A stretch of DNA of 64,000 nucleotides from Stylophora pistillata (Eukaryota): assembly GCF_002571385.2 (NCBI RefSeq), contig NW_019217955.1, positions 334,961 to 398,960 of the forward strand, read 5' to 3'. The position numbers were made by a program, and so were the translations under genes. Shown here one piece after another: positions 14,201-26,142 of the stretch. The number at the start of each line of letters is the position of its first letter. The stretch's first letter is position 1. The notes beneath the pieces were generated by a model, which was given only the letters and a program-made list of their open reading frames with translations, ran no database searches and was not told where the DNA came from.

Positions 14201-14230
14201 GATAGACTTGATTATGGACAATCAGTGTAG
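11229..14230 (+). CDS. L-amino-acid oxidase-like flavoprotein, join(11229..11682,11794..11961,12282..12377,12984..14230), 654 aa
   Basis: Three GT-AG phase-1 introns give one open frame. Motifs: [10 protein letters not shown] (FAD binding), [13 protein letters not shown] (GG motif), EAGAMRLP across exons 1/2, [31 protein letters not shown]. Confidence 0.93.
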
Positions 14231-14559
14231 GCTAAAGGGGAAATTGAGTATTGTTTCTCGGTTAAGTATTTTTTTGCTGAGCTCAACACAGTGTTAGGGT
14301 ACGGACTTCCACTAATCAAGAACAATGAGAAGTTTTCTTTTTAAAGGTTTGTAAGCGATAACACAAAATCGATCACACTTAGCCACGGAAGTTTAACCTA
14401 AGTGGCGTGTTTTCGTTTTTGTAATGATCGTTTTTTCACTGATTCCTTAACTTTTGACAGTCTTTTATACGCCTCGCGTATCCAATACTACAACTGGAGA
14501 CATTTTGCGCCGATGAAGTTGATAACTTTAATCCAATCAATAATAATAGATTAGAAAGC

Positions 14560-17173
14560 AATACTCACACAGCATTGAGTTACAACTTATTACTTTCAAT
14601 TGATTTTATTTCGATTATAAATTTTATCGACTCAACACGAAAGCTCTAATGACAGGAGGCACCCTGAGGGCCTTTGATCCTTTAATTTTGCTGTTCACTC
14701 CACAATTCCTCTGTATTCTATGCGGTTCGACAAGAGTGAAACTTTCTTAATGGATGGTATACAAGTCAATATCCGCGATCGAGTAAAGATACTCTTAACT
14801 TTGATTGATTGATAGAGAAATTGATATCCAAGAGTGTAGTTAGATCTGCATTTTGCGAGAGAGCTTTCCAATCATGTCACACACAAGCCATGCTTAACAC
14901 CGTCATGTTGGTTTGTAATCTATGTAGTCTTATTTTGCTTCTAGAACCGAAATATGTAATTGATTGAATCAAAAAACTTGAAATAAATAGAAATTGCACC
15001 TGTCAACGATCCTTTTAAATGTCTCCCCATTGTTAACAAGTTAACAAGAAGAAATGCCAAGATAGGAAGAGAATACAGCAATTTCCATTCCATTTCCAAG
15101 AAAGAAAGTTATTGTCGACATAACAATCTGGGAATTCAGTTGGCATTGTATTGAGTCAAATAAAAAGCCATCACACTTGGCCAGTGAAATCGAGGAAAAG
15201 CTATAAACAACGAGGATTACGAGAACGGTGAGGAAGCTTTACCAGTGTTAAGCTATGCTGCTCAAGGATCTTGTATAGTGATGCTTCTCAATTACACTTT
15301 GAGTGCAGTTGCAAACGAACCCCCACGGTATTATAATCACTAGCACTAGAATGGCGCCTTAAGAGAGTGGTCAGAAGAACATTAAATATGCTAAAAATAG
15401 GAAAGTTGATCGAGTATTATGGATTTCGTTTGATTGTGTCTACCAAGAAAGCCGGAAAGATCTGCTAAACATATACTGGAATAATACACTCGAGCCACCG
15501 GCGAGTTGATCTTGCCCCGAGCAGTTTGTCATTTATCACAGCCATTACTCGGCCCACAAAAGAAAAGCAATCATCGTAGCTCCACGAAAAGCCATGGAAG
15601 AAAGGACGATTTAATTGACTACAGTATACCCCGTTATCACCTTAAGAACAGTAGAAAAAATGAGTATACTCATGATATTCGATCACGTAATTGATGCCCT
15701 CTCTCTTAATTGTCATAATTGATCAAACTTCCTCTGAAGATGATATCTGAGTGTTGCTCAGTTCTTAGGTTATTTCCCAGAGAACAAAACTGGATCCACA
15801 ACCTAAGTTGTTGTAATAACTAATGTAGAAATTGCATTTTTATATTGCAAGAATGGCTGATTCCCATTTAAAATTCAGTTGTGATTTATTGCAACAAAAA
15901 AGGTTTACTTTTCCCGCTATTTTCCACTGGAAATGTGTTTGGTGAAAGCTGGCGGAAACCAAACAATCTAATATTTCCAATAAAGCGTCCTTAAAATATT
16001 AAAAACGCTTTAGAAAGAAAGAGCAGATTTATTTTCAAAGAAAGAGGTTTGCTATTACCAGCTGCTCTCATATTAGATGAAAATTTGTTCCGCTTTCAAA
16101 TTATCGTATATATCATTTTATATGGTTTCATACGAAAGTGTGGTTTATCATATTTGAGTATAATTTTCAAAATGAAATACGAATTACTATTTTTATCTGG
16201 ACACGATTAAAAAGCTATGCAGAACGCTATTGATTCGGCTTCGTCTGTCATCGGTAATGCTTCTTCCTGATTATGAATTACGGAAACCTGTTTCAACCAA
16301 GTTTGTTAAATCAAAACCGGCCGCAAGCCTGCTCGCGCAGCTTTGAACCTTACCTTGTTTAAATTTGCTCGCATTTCCACCTTGCTTACACAAATGAAAC
16401 AGGATAAATAAGTAGTTTCGTGACTGATTGAAAGAACGTCAATTTGTTCGCTTCTTTGCGGTTTCATCTCACGCAATGATAATTTACGTAATTCAAGTGT
16501 CATACCAACTTACGCTCCGATCGCTTATTGTTAAGCATTTGATTGATGGCTACTCACTTGCTGACCTGTCAAAATCAAATCAAAGTGTTCATGGCTTTAT
16601 CGGTTGCACTCAAAAGCTTCCTGCTTTCGTTACAACAGTTTTGATTTCGTCAATCAAGCAGAAGCTTTTGACTACCTTGCTGCCTGTAGGACTAAAGTTA
16701 CAACCGGTAAGGACATACCAGGAGTAGTCGTGCTTTCTGTTGGCAGTCAAATGACTGTTTTTGGTATCGAAAGCCTAGGCATGGTATAACTGACAGTCCA
16801 AGAAGGGGTCCTTGACTATCTAGTGTCTTAATTGAAGTACCATCTAGTGTCTTAATTAAACCCTGATTAAACCCTCTACCATCGACTTAGTCGGCCGTTC
16901 CGAAGATAACAGTTTATAGTAAGAGACATTTTCGATGAACTTTGCAAATAACTATGGCAGTATGAGCTGCTGCAACTTCTGCGCGTCTGTTATAAAATCA
17001 CTCTTAAGTCAAATATCTTAAAGTAAGAAATTTTTCTTCTCGTTGTATGAAGGTTCACGTGTCATCCAATTTAAGCCCGGTTGCTTTTCCTGAGCTGTTA
17101 TAAGTATCAAATAGAGATGAACACTAAAATTGTGATTTTTCATTTTTTTCCTGCTAATCTCTTCTAGAGAAAA
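14560..17173 (+). repeat. Local duplication A (LAAO 3' flank), copy 1
   Basis: Near-identical and colinear with 21519-24159; ends at an N gap. Confidence 0.9.
14620..15720 (-). pseudogene. Decayed multi-pass membrane protein gene of unknown family (further copies at ~21580-22700 and ~27310-28190)
   Basis: One minus-strand frame gives repeated hydrophobic segments broken by stops: TFLFLAYLMFF*PLS*GAILVLVIIIPWGFVC, SFLTVLVILVVYSFSSISL, IVMSTITFFLGNGMEIAVFSSYLGI; copy 3 reads RSNILCGFIVAIVLMGIPAYAVVF. Confidence 0.4.
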
Positions 17174-17589
17174 NNNNNNNNNNNNNNNNNNNNNNNNNNN
17201 NNNNNNNNNNNNNNNNNNNNNNNNNNNNNNNNNNNNNNNNNNNNNNNNNNNNNNNNNNNNNNNNNNNNNNNNNNNNNNNNNNNNNNNNNNNNNNNNNNNN
17301 NNNNNNNNNNNNNNNNNNNNNNNNNNNNNNNNNNNNNNNNNNNNNNNNNNNNNNNNNNNNNNNNNNNNCCCGTACAGGCCTGATTTTTTTTCAGGTCTGA
17401 TTTTCGCAATTGCATAAATAGCGCTCTCTACTGCGAGGATCGTGCATCATACGTATCTAATACCGCAGTTCAAAATATATGAACTTCATATATTCATCGT
17501 AACCAAAAGAATATTTATACGGCAGCCATTTATGAAAGTGGTCTATATCTAGCAAGAAATGTTGACATGAATTTTGGCCTAGAATATTA

Positions 17590-18232
17590 ATTATTTAAGA
17601 ATTTGTTCATGCTTAGCGTGCGTATATCAAGTTGTGGATGCACGCGGGAAGTTGGGAGAGCACGAAAAATGCGTAAGAGTAGCTCGAGGCACAGCCGAGA
17701 GCTACTCTAGGTTTTTGAGGGCTCTCCAAACTTCCCGAGTGCATCAACAACTCGATATACGCACACCTGAAAGCATGAACAAATTCTTTTATAACAGAGC
17801 GACAACAAGGATCTGCGCTAAGAAGCTTTTTTATTATGATAGAGTGCAAAATTCTCACAACGTACAAAAAAGTAAACAATCGTCCCTGTTGGCTGGCCAG
17901 AAACACGTCACATCTTATACTTTGGTTTGAGCGACAACATTTGATATAGTTAACCGATAACTTCGAATGAGAAGATCAAAATTAACGGGAAAATGGAGAA
18001 AATCAAAGCTAAATGAACTCGTGTCACTATAAAATGTTTGAATGTCTTTCGGCCAAAATTTGCTGTTGCTGGTCTTCCGACAAATTTGCGAAACGTGCAA
18101 CTTGCAAGTTTTTTTCGGCTTTGTTTTTGGTGATGGTAGGATTAGGACCTAAAAGGTCAATGCCGATAGAAAAATTGGGCAATTCTTCGCTGGTTTCTTC
18201 CATATTCAAGACAAAGAAAACTGCACTGCAGC
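17590..18232 (-). mobile_element. Crypton-like (tyrosine recombinase/DUF3504) non-autonomous relic with terminal hairpin
   Basis: Imperfect palindrome at 17597-17788; ORF 18027-18209 contains RFANLSEDQQQQILAERHSN, resembling the N-terminus of Crypton/DUF3504 proteins. Confidence 0.45.
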
Positions 18233-18524
18233 TTAAAGTCCCTATGATCCCTATTTTTTAGCATCAAATCATAAAAGTAAAACTACAAAGAAGGTGTCTG
18301 GTAAGAATTGTGGGTGATTCTGGTGCTTCTTTGTTATTTTACGAGATGACAAAAGTCCGAAATTGTGGCGAATTTGTGTTTCCGGTACCTCTTTGGCCGT
18401 GTTGAAGAGTACTGGTACCTAAATATTCGTGACGTCACGGTAGTAAGTCCAAGTTTATCAAAGGTGCTAACTGGGCTTGGAATCTGTTGCTTACGATCTT
18501 TTAAGCAAAAATAAAATAGATAAA

Positions 18525-18653
18525 ATGCCATTTCGATGTGTATTTTGGGGTTGTTCGAATACCCCTGACTCGAAAAAGAACATTTCGCTTCATGAGATTC
18601 CTTTCGAGGGCGATTAAAGGCCAGAGGCTACGAAAAAGCGAAAGAGGTGGTTT
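18525..18653 (+). pseudogene. THAP zinc-finger N-terminus of a transposase, truncated
   Basis: MPFRCVFWGCSNTPDSKKNISLHEIPFEGD*RPEATKKRKRWF; stop at 18615; cut by another element starting at 18654. Confidence 0.75.
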
Positions 18654-19325
18654 CTACGGTGGCCCATTAGGGACAGCGCTACAAACCTAAAAAGAACCCC
18701 AAGCACATAAATATACTACTGCAAACTAAATCAAATATACTACGAATAAAATGAAATCATTAATGCCAGTGAAAAATCAAATGCACTTCTGCACAATAAA
18801 GTGAAACGCTACACATCGAATTAAAAAAAGCTAACCGCACACAGCAAATGAAAGCACAATGCACACCCCAAATCAAGGGAAAAAACTCACCGGAAACAAA
18901 AAGCTAAGGCACACCGCAAATAAAAGGGACATAGTCTATGCGTGCGCATTTGCGCGTCAAGGCCTGAGACAGAGTAGTATGCTCAAGTTCGCGTGCTTTT
19001 TCCTTGAGGTTACATTCAAGATGGCGTCTATTTATTTTCGCGACGAAATTCGTGAAGCAGTCCGTGAGGAGGTGTCCCGAATGCTTGCTTCCTCTCGAAC
19101 AGAGCGCGAGGTCACTGAAGGCACAAGTCTTTCCAGTTTGGTGAGCCTGCAGCCCTCTGAACGTAATCCATCGTTTGAAGAATTCTATGAAAGGCGAGAA
19201 GAAGATCGTCAGAGTGGTTTTAAGCCCCCCCCAGCAAGAAAATAAGAGGGAGCCATTCAGGCCATTCTAAGGGCAAGAAATTGACACAGAAATCAACGAA
19301 TGTTGTAATTAAAGTTGGTTTAGCA
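18654..19325 (+). mobile_element. Unclassified element end (CTACGGTGGCC terminus) with a truncated ORF from ATG 19021
   Basis: Interrupts the THAP frame exactly; A-rich subterminal region, then MASIYFRDEIREAVREEV...SFEEFYERRE. Confidence 0.45.
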
Positions 19326-19421
19326 GGGAAAATAGTTTTTTTTACAAATGTTTATAATTTTTTACTCATAGACTAGTGAGCAGCACTTCTGCGAACAGTA
19401 GTTGTAAAACTTTTTTTATTT

Positions 19422-19462
19422 TCCGACGCGTTTCGTCTAACTGTCGTAGACTTCTTCAGGGA
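19422..19462 (-). ncRNA. Type I minimal hammerhead ribozyme
   Basis: UCC-CUGAAGA-A-GUCUA(cgacagu)UAGAC-GAAA-CGCG-UC^GGA. Confidence 0.7.
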
Positions 19463-19623
19463 GTTTTACAAGTATAACTAAACGCCTTTATTTATAAGCC
19501 AAAGTTACGGGGACCGATGACCATAGAGGCTTGGCCGGACTTACGAACAGGAACATGCCAAGTTGTGAAAAATTTAAAACGTGTAAAGCAAGGTGAGAAA
19601 AATATTTTGGGGGTTAGCTAAAA

Positions 19624-20181
19624 CCAAAAGGACGCCGAAGATGCGAGTAACTTTTCATCGTGACGCACGACCGTTGAGAACCCGCTTGGTAACCCTGCCT
19701 CCTCTACAAACGAAGCCTCACGAGGGTACCACACAGTCAATTGTCATCGACAGTTTTAGTTCGAACCCCGGCTCCCCTCTCTCGAATTATTGAATTTCCT
19801 AGCGATCTGTCTACGAGTTGACGCCAGGGAAACTCCGCAGTTGAAAGACCATAAAATGAATGCACAGTCGACGCTGTGCCGCGATCGAAAACTTGGCAGG
19901 CTATCCCACTAGAACATATCACGCCTACAATTTTTCCAATTGCCTTGAAACAACGAATGATCTCTTTTAACAAATTCATTCTTCCCTATTCCGCCTTGTC
20001 CAGTGATAAAAAGATTAATTCGAGAGAGGGGAGCCGGAGTTCGAACTAAAACTGTCGATGACAATTTACTGTGTGGTACCCTCGTGAGGCTTCGTTTGTA
20101 CAGGAGGCAGGGTTACCAAGCGGGTTTTCAATGGTCGTGTGTCACGGTGAAAAGTTACTCGCATCTTCGACGTCCTTTTGG
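19624..20181. repeat. 166-bp inverted repeat (19624-19789 / 20016-20181)
   Basis: The arms are reverse complements with few mismatches. Confidence 0.9.
19790..20015 (-). pseudogene. PIF1-family helicase N-terminal fragment
   Basis: NLFITGQGGIGK (Walker A), a frameshift, then KEIIRCFKAIGKIVGVICSSGIACQVFDRGTASTVHSFYGL (motifs Ia/Ib). Confidence 0.75.
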
Positions 20182-20610
20182 CTTGGATTTTGGAAATGAA
20201 ACTGCCGCTTGGCGTCGGTTGCAGTGGCCGGATTGCTCGGCGAATGAGATGAAATGAGACAAGGACGTATTGGCTTGGATTCGGCATTGGATTTGTGGCT
20301 GCTTGGCCATTTTAAGCTGAGAATTTTTCGCCTCTCGCATCGGGCATCCCAAAGTGGAGTGTGCAGCCTTGTTCTTTCTCTTACAGTTGGAAACTCGGGG
20401 TTAAAGGATTCGCTTAAATTGCAATGGATCGCGAAAATAACCAAACAGAAAGTAAAAACAAGCAAAGTAGATACAGTAAGCTGTATTTTATTGATGATTC
20501 TAGTGAATATTTATCAACTTGAACCGTTTACCTGAAATCCCATACAAATCCTTTATATTCATTGCCATTTTAAATTACACAATATGAAACCACATCTATT
20601 AATGATTAAC

Positions 20611-21260
20611 CTCTCACACTGAGCATGGGCCGCCTGTGGTACAGCTGGCGATTTGAGTGCATTCTTCTTTGCTCTTTTGACAACAATGGCCTTCTTTAAA
20701 ATTTAACAAAAACTCGAGGCATCACTTGCCAGAACAACACCTAATAACATTCGCAACATAGACTAGAAGACTGATTACAGTTTGTAAAATCCCGCTCGAA
20801 AGATCCAAGACGATGTGCTGATTACAAAATTCATGTTTTTGTTTATGTCCAACCATATCAAACAAATTGTAAGTTGTTTGCATCAAAAGTATGTTAGTCT
20901 TACATAAGAGAAAAAAGAGCGATATCGATGTAAGATTCGAGAACCTGGCTTGAGAAGACGACGGTGTCCAGCTTAAACATGCGGTCACCGTAAGGTCGGC
21001 AAAAATTCATGTAACGTACCACTTCCCGTAGATTCGAGACCTTTCAAACGACTTGTTAACATTCTGTCCCTTTTCAATTTTTCTCGATAGGCTAATGCCT
21101 CGTTTGAGTTTGGCCCTTCTATGTTGTCCTCCCTCTCGTCCATCTCACCGCTTTCAGTTGCAATTTCGGATTCAAACGCTACCTATTCCGGAATATAATT
21201 TAACTCCGAGTCATCGGAGAAGAAACTTTCGTCAGAACTGTAAGAAAAAATCGGACATAA
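20611..21260 (-). pseudogene. KolX / P2X7-C-terminal-like Cys-rich protein remnant
   Basis: Acidic SSDESFFSDDSE...LTSRLKGLES, a 1-nt frameshift, intron 21019-20741, then WCCSGK*CLEFLLNFKEGHCCQ (degenerate WCxCGxC...ECxCC). Confidence 0.55.
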
Positions 21261-21518
21261 TGACAGGAAACTATTAGCGAAATAGCCAGGGAAATTATTA
21301 ATTACAAAGCCCGTTTGTTTGCATGATAAGAACACATGCTTACTAGTGTGACGTAACAGCGCCATGTCCCCTCTTTTCTCGGCCAGATATTTTATCTACG
21401 GATTATAGAACTTGATAAAACATTCAGAAAACGGTAAAATACCGCTAATGCTGCTTAAAAATGTTCTAGAGTCATTACATTTTGATGTAAAATAATAAAA
21501 CAATAAGTGTCAACCAAT

Positions 21519-24159
21519 AATACTCACACAGCATTCCGTTACAAATTTTTACTTTCAATTGATTTTATTTCGATTATAAATTTTATGGACTCAACACGCA
21601 AGCATTAATGACAGGCGGCACCCTGAGGGCCTTTGATCTTTTAATTTTGCTGTTCACACCACATTTCCTCTGTATTTTATGCGGTTCGACAAGAGTGAAA
21701 CTTTCTTAATGGATGTTATACAAGTCAATATCCACGATTGAGTAAAGATACTCTTAACTTTGATTGATTGATTGATTGTTGATTGATTGATTGATAGAGA
21801 AATTGATATCCAAGAGTCTAGGTAGATCTGCATTTTGCGAGAGAGCTTTCCAATCATGTCACACACAAGCCATGCTTAACACCGTCATGTTGGTTTGTAA
21901 TCTATGTAGATTCTTATTTTGCTTCTAGAACCGAAATATGTAATTGATTGAATAAAAAGCTTGAAATAAATAGAAATTGCACCTGTCAACGATCCTTTTA
22001 AATGTATCTCCATTGTTAACAAGTTAACAAAAACAATTGCCAAGATAGGAATAGAATACTGCAATTTCCATTCCATTTCCAAGAAAGAAAGTTATTGTCC
22101 ACATAACAATCCGGCAATTCAGTTGGCATTGTAGTGTAGTGAGTAAAAAAAAAGCCATCACACTAGGCTAGTGAAATCGAGGAAAAGCTATAAAAAACGA
22201 GGATTACGAGAACGACGAGGAAGCTTTACAAATTTTAAGCTATGCTGCTTAGGGATCTTGCATAGTGATGCTTCTCAATTACACTTTGAGTGCAGTTACA
22301 AATGAACCCCCACGGTATTATAATCACTAGCACTAGAATGGCTCCTTTAAAGAGTGGTCAGAAGAACATTAAATATGCTGAAAATAGGAAAGTTTATCGA
22401 GCATTATGGATTTCGTTTGATTGTGTCTACCAAGAAAGCCGCAAAGATCTGCTAAACATATATACTGGAATAATACACTCGAGGCACTGGCGAGTTGATC
22501 GTGCCCCGAGCAGTTTGTCATTTGTCACAGCCATTACTCGGCCCACAAAAGAATAGCAATCATCGTAGCTCCACGAAAAGCCATGGAACAAAGGACGATT
22601 TAAGAGACTACAGCATACCCCGTTATTCCCTTAAGAACAATGGAAAAATGAGTATACTCATGATATTCGATCGCGTAATCGATGCCCTCTCTCTTAATTG
22701 TCATAATTGATCAAGCTTCTTCTGAAGATGATTTCTGAGTGTTGCTCAGTTCTTAGGTTATTTCCCAGAGAACAAAACTGGCTCCACAACCTAAATTGTT
22801 GTAATAACTGATGTAGAAATTGCATTTTTATATTGTAAGAATGGCTGATTGCCATTTAAAATTCAGTTGTGATTTATTGCAACAAAAAAGGTTTACTTTT
22901 CCCGGTATTTTCCACTGGAAATGTTTTTGGTGAAAGCTGGCGGAAACCAAACAATCTAGTATTTCCAATAAAGCGTCCTTAAAATATTAAAAACGCTTTA
23001 GAAGGAAACAGGGGATTTATTATCAAAGAAAGAGGTTTGTCATTACCAGCTGCTCTCATATTACATGAAAATTTGTCCCACTTTCAATTTATCGTATATG
23101 TCATTATATATGGTTTCATACGAAAGTGTGGTTTATAATATTTGGGTATAATTTTCAAAATGAGATACGAATTACTGTTTTTATCTGGACACGATTAAAA
23201 AGCTATGCCGAACGTTATTGATTAGGCTTCGTCTGTCATCGGTGATGCTTCTTCCTGATTATGAATTACGGAAAACTGTTTCAACCAAGTTTGTTAAATC
23301 AAAACCGGCCGCAAGCCCGCTCGCGCAGCTTTGAACCTTACCTTGTTTAAATTTGCTCGCATTTCCACCTTGCTTACACAAATGAAACAGGATAAATAAC
23401 TAGTTTCGTGACTGATTGAAAAAACGTCAATTTGTTCGCTTCTTTGCGGTTTCATCTCACACAATGATAATTTACGTAATTCAAGTGTCATACCAACTTA
23501 CGCTCCGATCGCTTATTGTTAAGCATTTGATTGATGGATACTCACTTGTCGACCTGTCAAAATCAAATCAAAGTGTTAATGGCTTTTTCGGTTGCACTTA
23601 AAAGCCTCCTGCTTTCGTTACAACAGTTTTGATTTCGTCAATCAAGCAGAAGCTTTTGACTTCCTTGCTGCCTGTGGGACTAAAATTACAACCGGTAAGG
23701 ACAGACCAGTAGAAGTCGTGTTTTCTGTTGGCAGTCAAATGACTATTTTGGTATCGAAAGCCTAGGCATGGTATAACTGACAACGCAAGGAGGGGTCCTT
23801 GACTATCTAGTGTCTTAATTAAAGTACCATGTAGTGTCTTAATTAAACCCTGATTAAACCCTCTACTATCGACTTAGTCGGCCGTTCCGAAGATAACAGT
23901 TTATAGTAAGAGACATTTTCGATGCACTTTGCAAATAACTATGGCAGTATGAGCTGCTGCAACTCCTGCGCGTCTGTTATAAAATCACACTCGAGTCAAA
24001 TCTCTTAAAGTAAGAAATTTGTCTTCTCGTTGTATGAAGGTTCACGTGTCATCCAATTTAAGCCAGTTGCTTTTCCTGAGCTGTTATAAGTATCAAATAG
24101 AGATGAACACTAAAATTGTGATTTTTCATTTTTTTCCTGCTAATCTCTTCTAGAGAAAA
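21519..24159 (+). repeat. Local duplication A, copy 2
   Basis: Matches 14560-17173 with scattered substitutions and a (GATT)n expansion at ~21762-21794. Confidence 0.9.
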
Positions 24160-25299
24160 AACGACCTCGCTCTCTCTAACAAAATCAAAGATGTAACTAT
24201 GTTTCGTAAATTCGGTAACAACGCTGATCACAAAAGGTAATCAGAACAGAAGGAAATATGACAAGAAGCCTATGAACACTTTAAGTAAACATAACCAAAC
24301 ATTGTCGGTGGGGGAAAACGCGCATTTTCGAATGACTTATAGTTTTTGTTTCCTTTGGTGCTGATTGACGGAAAGATGTATATTCCGCAGAAAGATAAGT
24401 AGTTTTGCAACCCAAATGATAGAAGATACTGTAGAAGTATTTTCAATGAGAGTACGCGGTGATGACGCTATGATTATAACAAAAGACGAAATAAGACGCA
24501 AGGAATCCCACAGTCCAAGCCATTCAAACAACATCCTCAATGTATCCTGGGCAAAGAGGAGCCCGCACCTTTCAAGCATACTTAGCAGTGGACTAGCTGT
24601 CGAAATTGTCTGTCAACCTTGTACGGTCACAACACGTAACGTACCTATGGTAAATCATAGTGGTAGAATGAGTCCGCCAATGAATAGAAAATAATAATCA
24701 TCATCACTGGAAGTGTAATGGAATACCAGCGAAAGTCACGAGTTCGCAACGCTTTCCATCCAAGGCAAATGAAACGCCGTCGCAGCTAAGCAAACAACAC
24801 AACTCTCGCTCAGGGAATATAACCTGCTGTGGATCAACCTGCAGCAGAACCTCTCAGGCAAATGGGCCTATTAATATTAAATCTTGGAAAAACAAAGGGG
24901 AATACTCTGTAGCGATGCTAGCATATCTTCTGGGAACAGGAAATGTTGTCAGATTTCCTCAGCTATGCTTCAAACATGGAGGAGGTAGGGATGTGGTAAT
25001 TTTTTTTTTTTTTCATTCAGTTTATTCAGTGCAACCTATCCGATTAAAAACGATTCAGGTTATTCTCTTGTCAACATGGAGAGTAGAGGGTGATGATGTT
25101 TCAAAACCAACATGAAATTTATTATAGTTTTGAATCTTGGATCTGAAAGGCGAGGATTCAGTGTAATTTTATGATCTGTATGATAAAACAGAGCCCGTGT
25201 ATCGTATCATGCGTCAGTTCTCGCTGGTAACAACTACATTTTCCCGTCCTCCAAGCAATACCACAAAAAATTCGAGCTCTCTCTGCTTATCATGAGAGA

Positions 25300-25590
25300 C
25301 GAGGCCGCCAAACATTTAGTCGTGCTGGCTTCTAGATCGAGAGGCCTGAGTTCGAGTTCTTGATCTGCTTGATGTGTTTTTCTCTTGGACAAGAATGTTT
25401 ACTCTCGTGATGTCTCCCTCTGCTTGACTAGGGGTAAAAAGGAAACGGTCAAGGACAGCCTATGAAATTCTTGCGCCTTGACTTTTGACTCTTGTCCTAC
25501 CCAGAGAGAATAACAATACTCCTTGTTCCATCTTGCAACGCAAATGGACAGTCAACGCAGATGGGCCAACTAGCTTCGAAGTTGGCTACA
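25300..25590 (+). mobile_element. Degenerate tRNA-derived SINE in SLC6 intron 1
   Basis: B-box-like GAGTTCGAGTTC at ~25348 followed by a 'ttggacaagaatgtttactctc' core-like segment. Confidence 0.4.
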
Positions 25591-25970
25591 CCTGAGTATT
25601 GATTTTAGTGCGGTTAATTTCATTAAAATTATTGTTGCTGTTCTTGTTATTACCTTTATCTCTCTGATCAACTAGAGCATTTTGTTTTATTAGGAGGGAA
25701 ATAATTTGTGCGCTTTTGTAGGACCATTTTTCATCCCGTACTTCATCATGTTCATTATAGAAGGAATTCCGCTCACTTGCCTAAAGATGGCCGTAGGACA
25801 GAGACTGGGGCGGGACTCTGTCATGGAGTCCTGGAAGGATCTCAGTCCCAGTCTCAGAGGAATTGTATGGCCGCGACCTTCAATAGCCTGGTGACGTGTT
25901 TTTATTATAATAACATCGTAGCCTGGTGTCTTTATTATCTCATTCGTTCCATGAGAAGTTCACTATTATA

Positions 25971-26142
25971 GACCACTTTCATAAATGGCTGCCGGATTAA
26001 TATTCTTTTGTTTAAATTTAAATTAGCCCTTCTGGCCCCGTTCTCCAATACGAAATTCAAAAGAAACATTATCTCAAGCGAGGCCAGAAGGGCTAATTTA
26101 AACAAAAGAATATTAATCCGGCAGCCATTTATGAAAGTGTTC
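25971..26142. mobile_element. Palindromic MITE inserted in SLC6 exon 2
   Basis: TIR GACCACTTTCATAAATGGCTGCCGGATTAATATTC with TATA on both sides; a right end of the same family lies at ~17505-17548. Confidence 0.85.

Larger units (their letters stand above)
18237..21500. mobile_element. Kolobok DNA transposon relic with nested insertions
   Basis: TTAA at 18233-18236 followed by an AG (RR) terminus; THAP start on plus and KolX-like Cys motif on minus, convergent; partial right TIR 'tttgatgtaaaa' at ~21481. Confidence 0.65.

Noticed and set aside
11229-14230. Monoamine oxidase paired with a monoamine transporter and amine receptors
   Set aside because: The enzyme has the LAAO GAMR arginine, the SLC6 loop resembles amino-acid transporters, and the GPCRs lack Asp3.32.
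19790-20015. Helitron
   Set aside because: No Rep domain or Helitron termini recognised; only a short PIF1 fragment.
21519-24159. Copy 2 of duplication A as a certain true duplication
   Set aside because: Copy 1 ends at an N gap, so an uncollapsed haplotype cannot be excluded without read depth or long reads.
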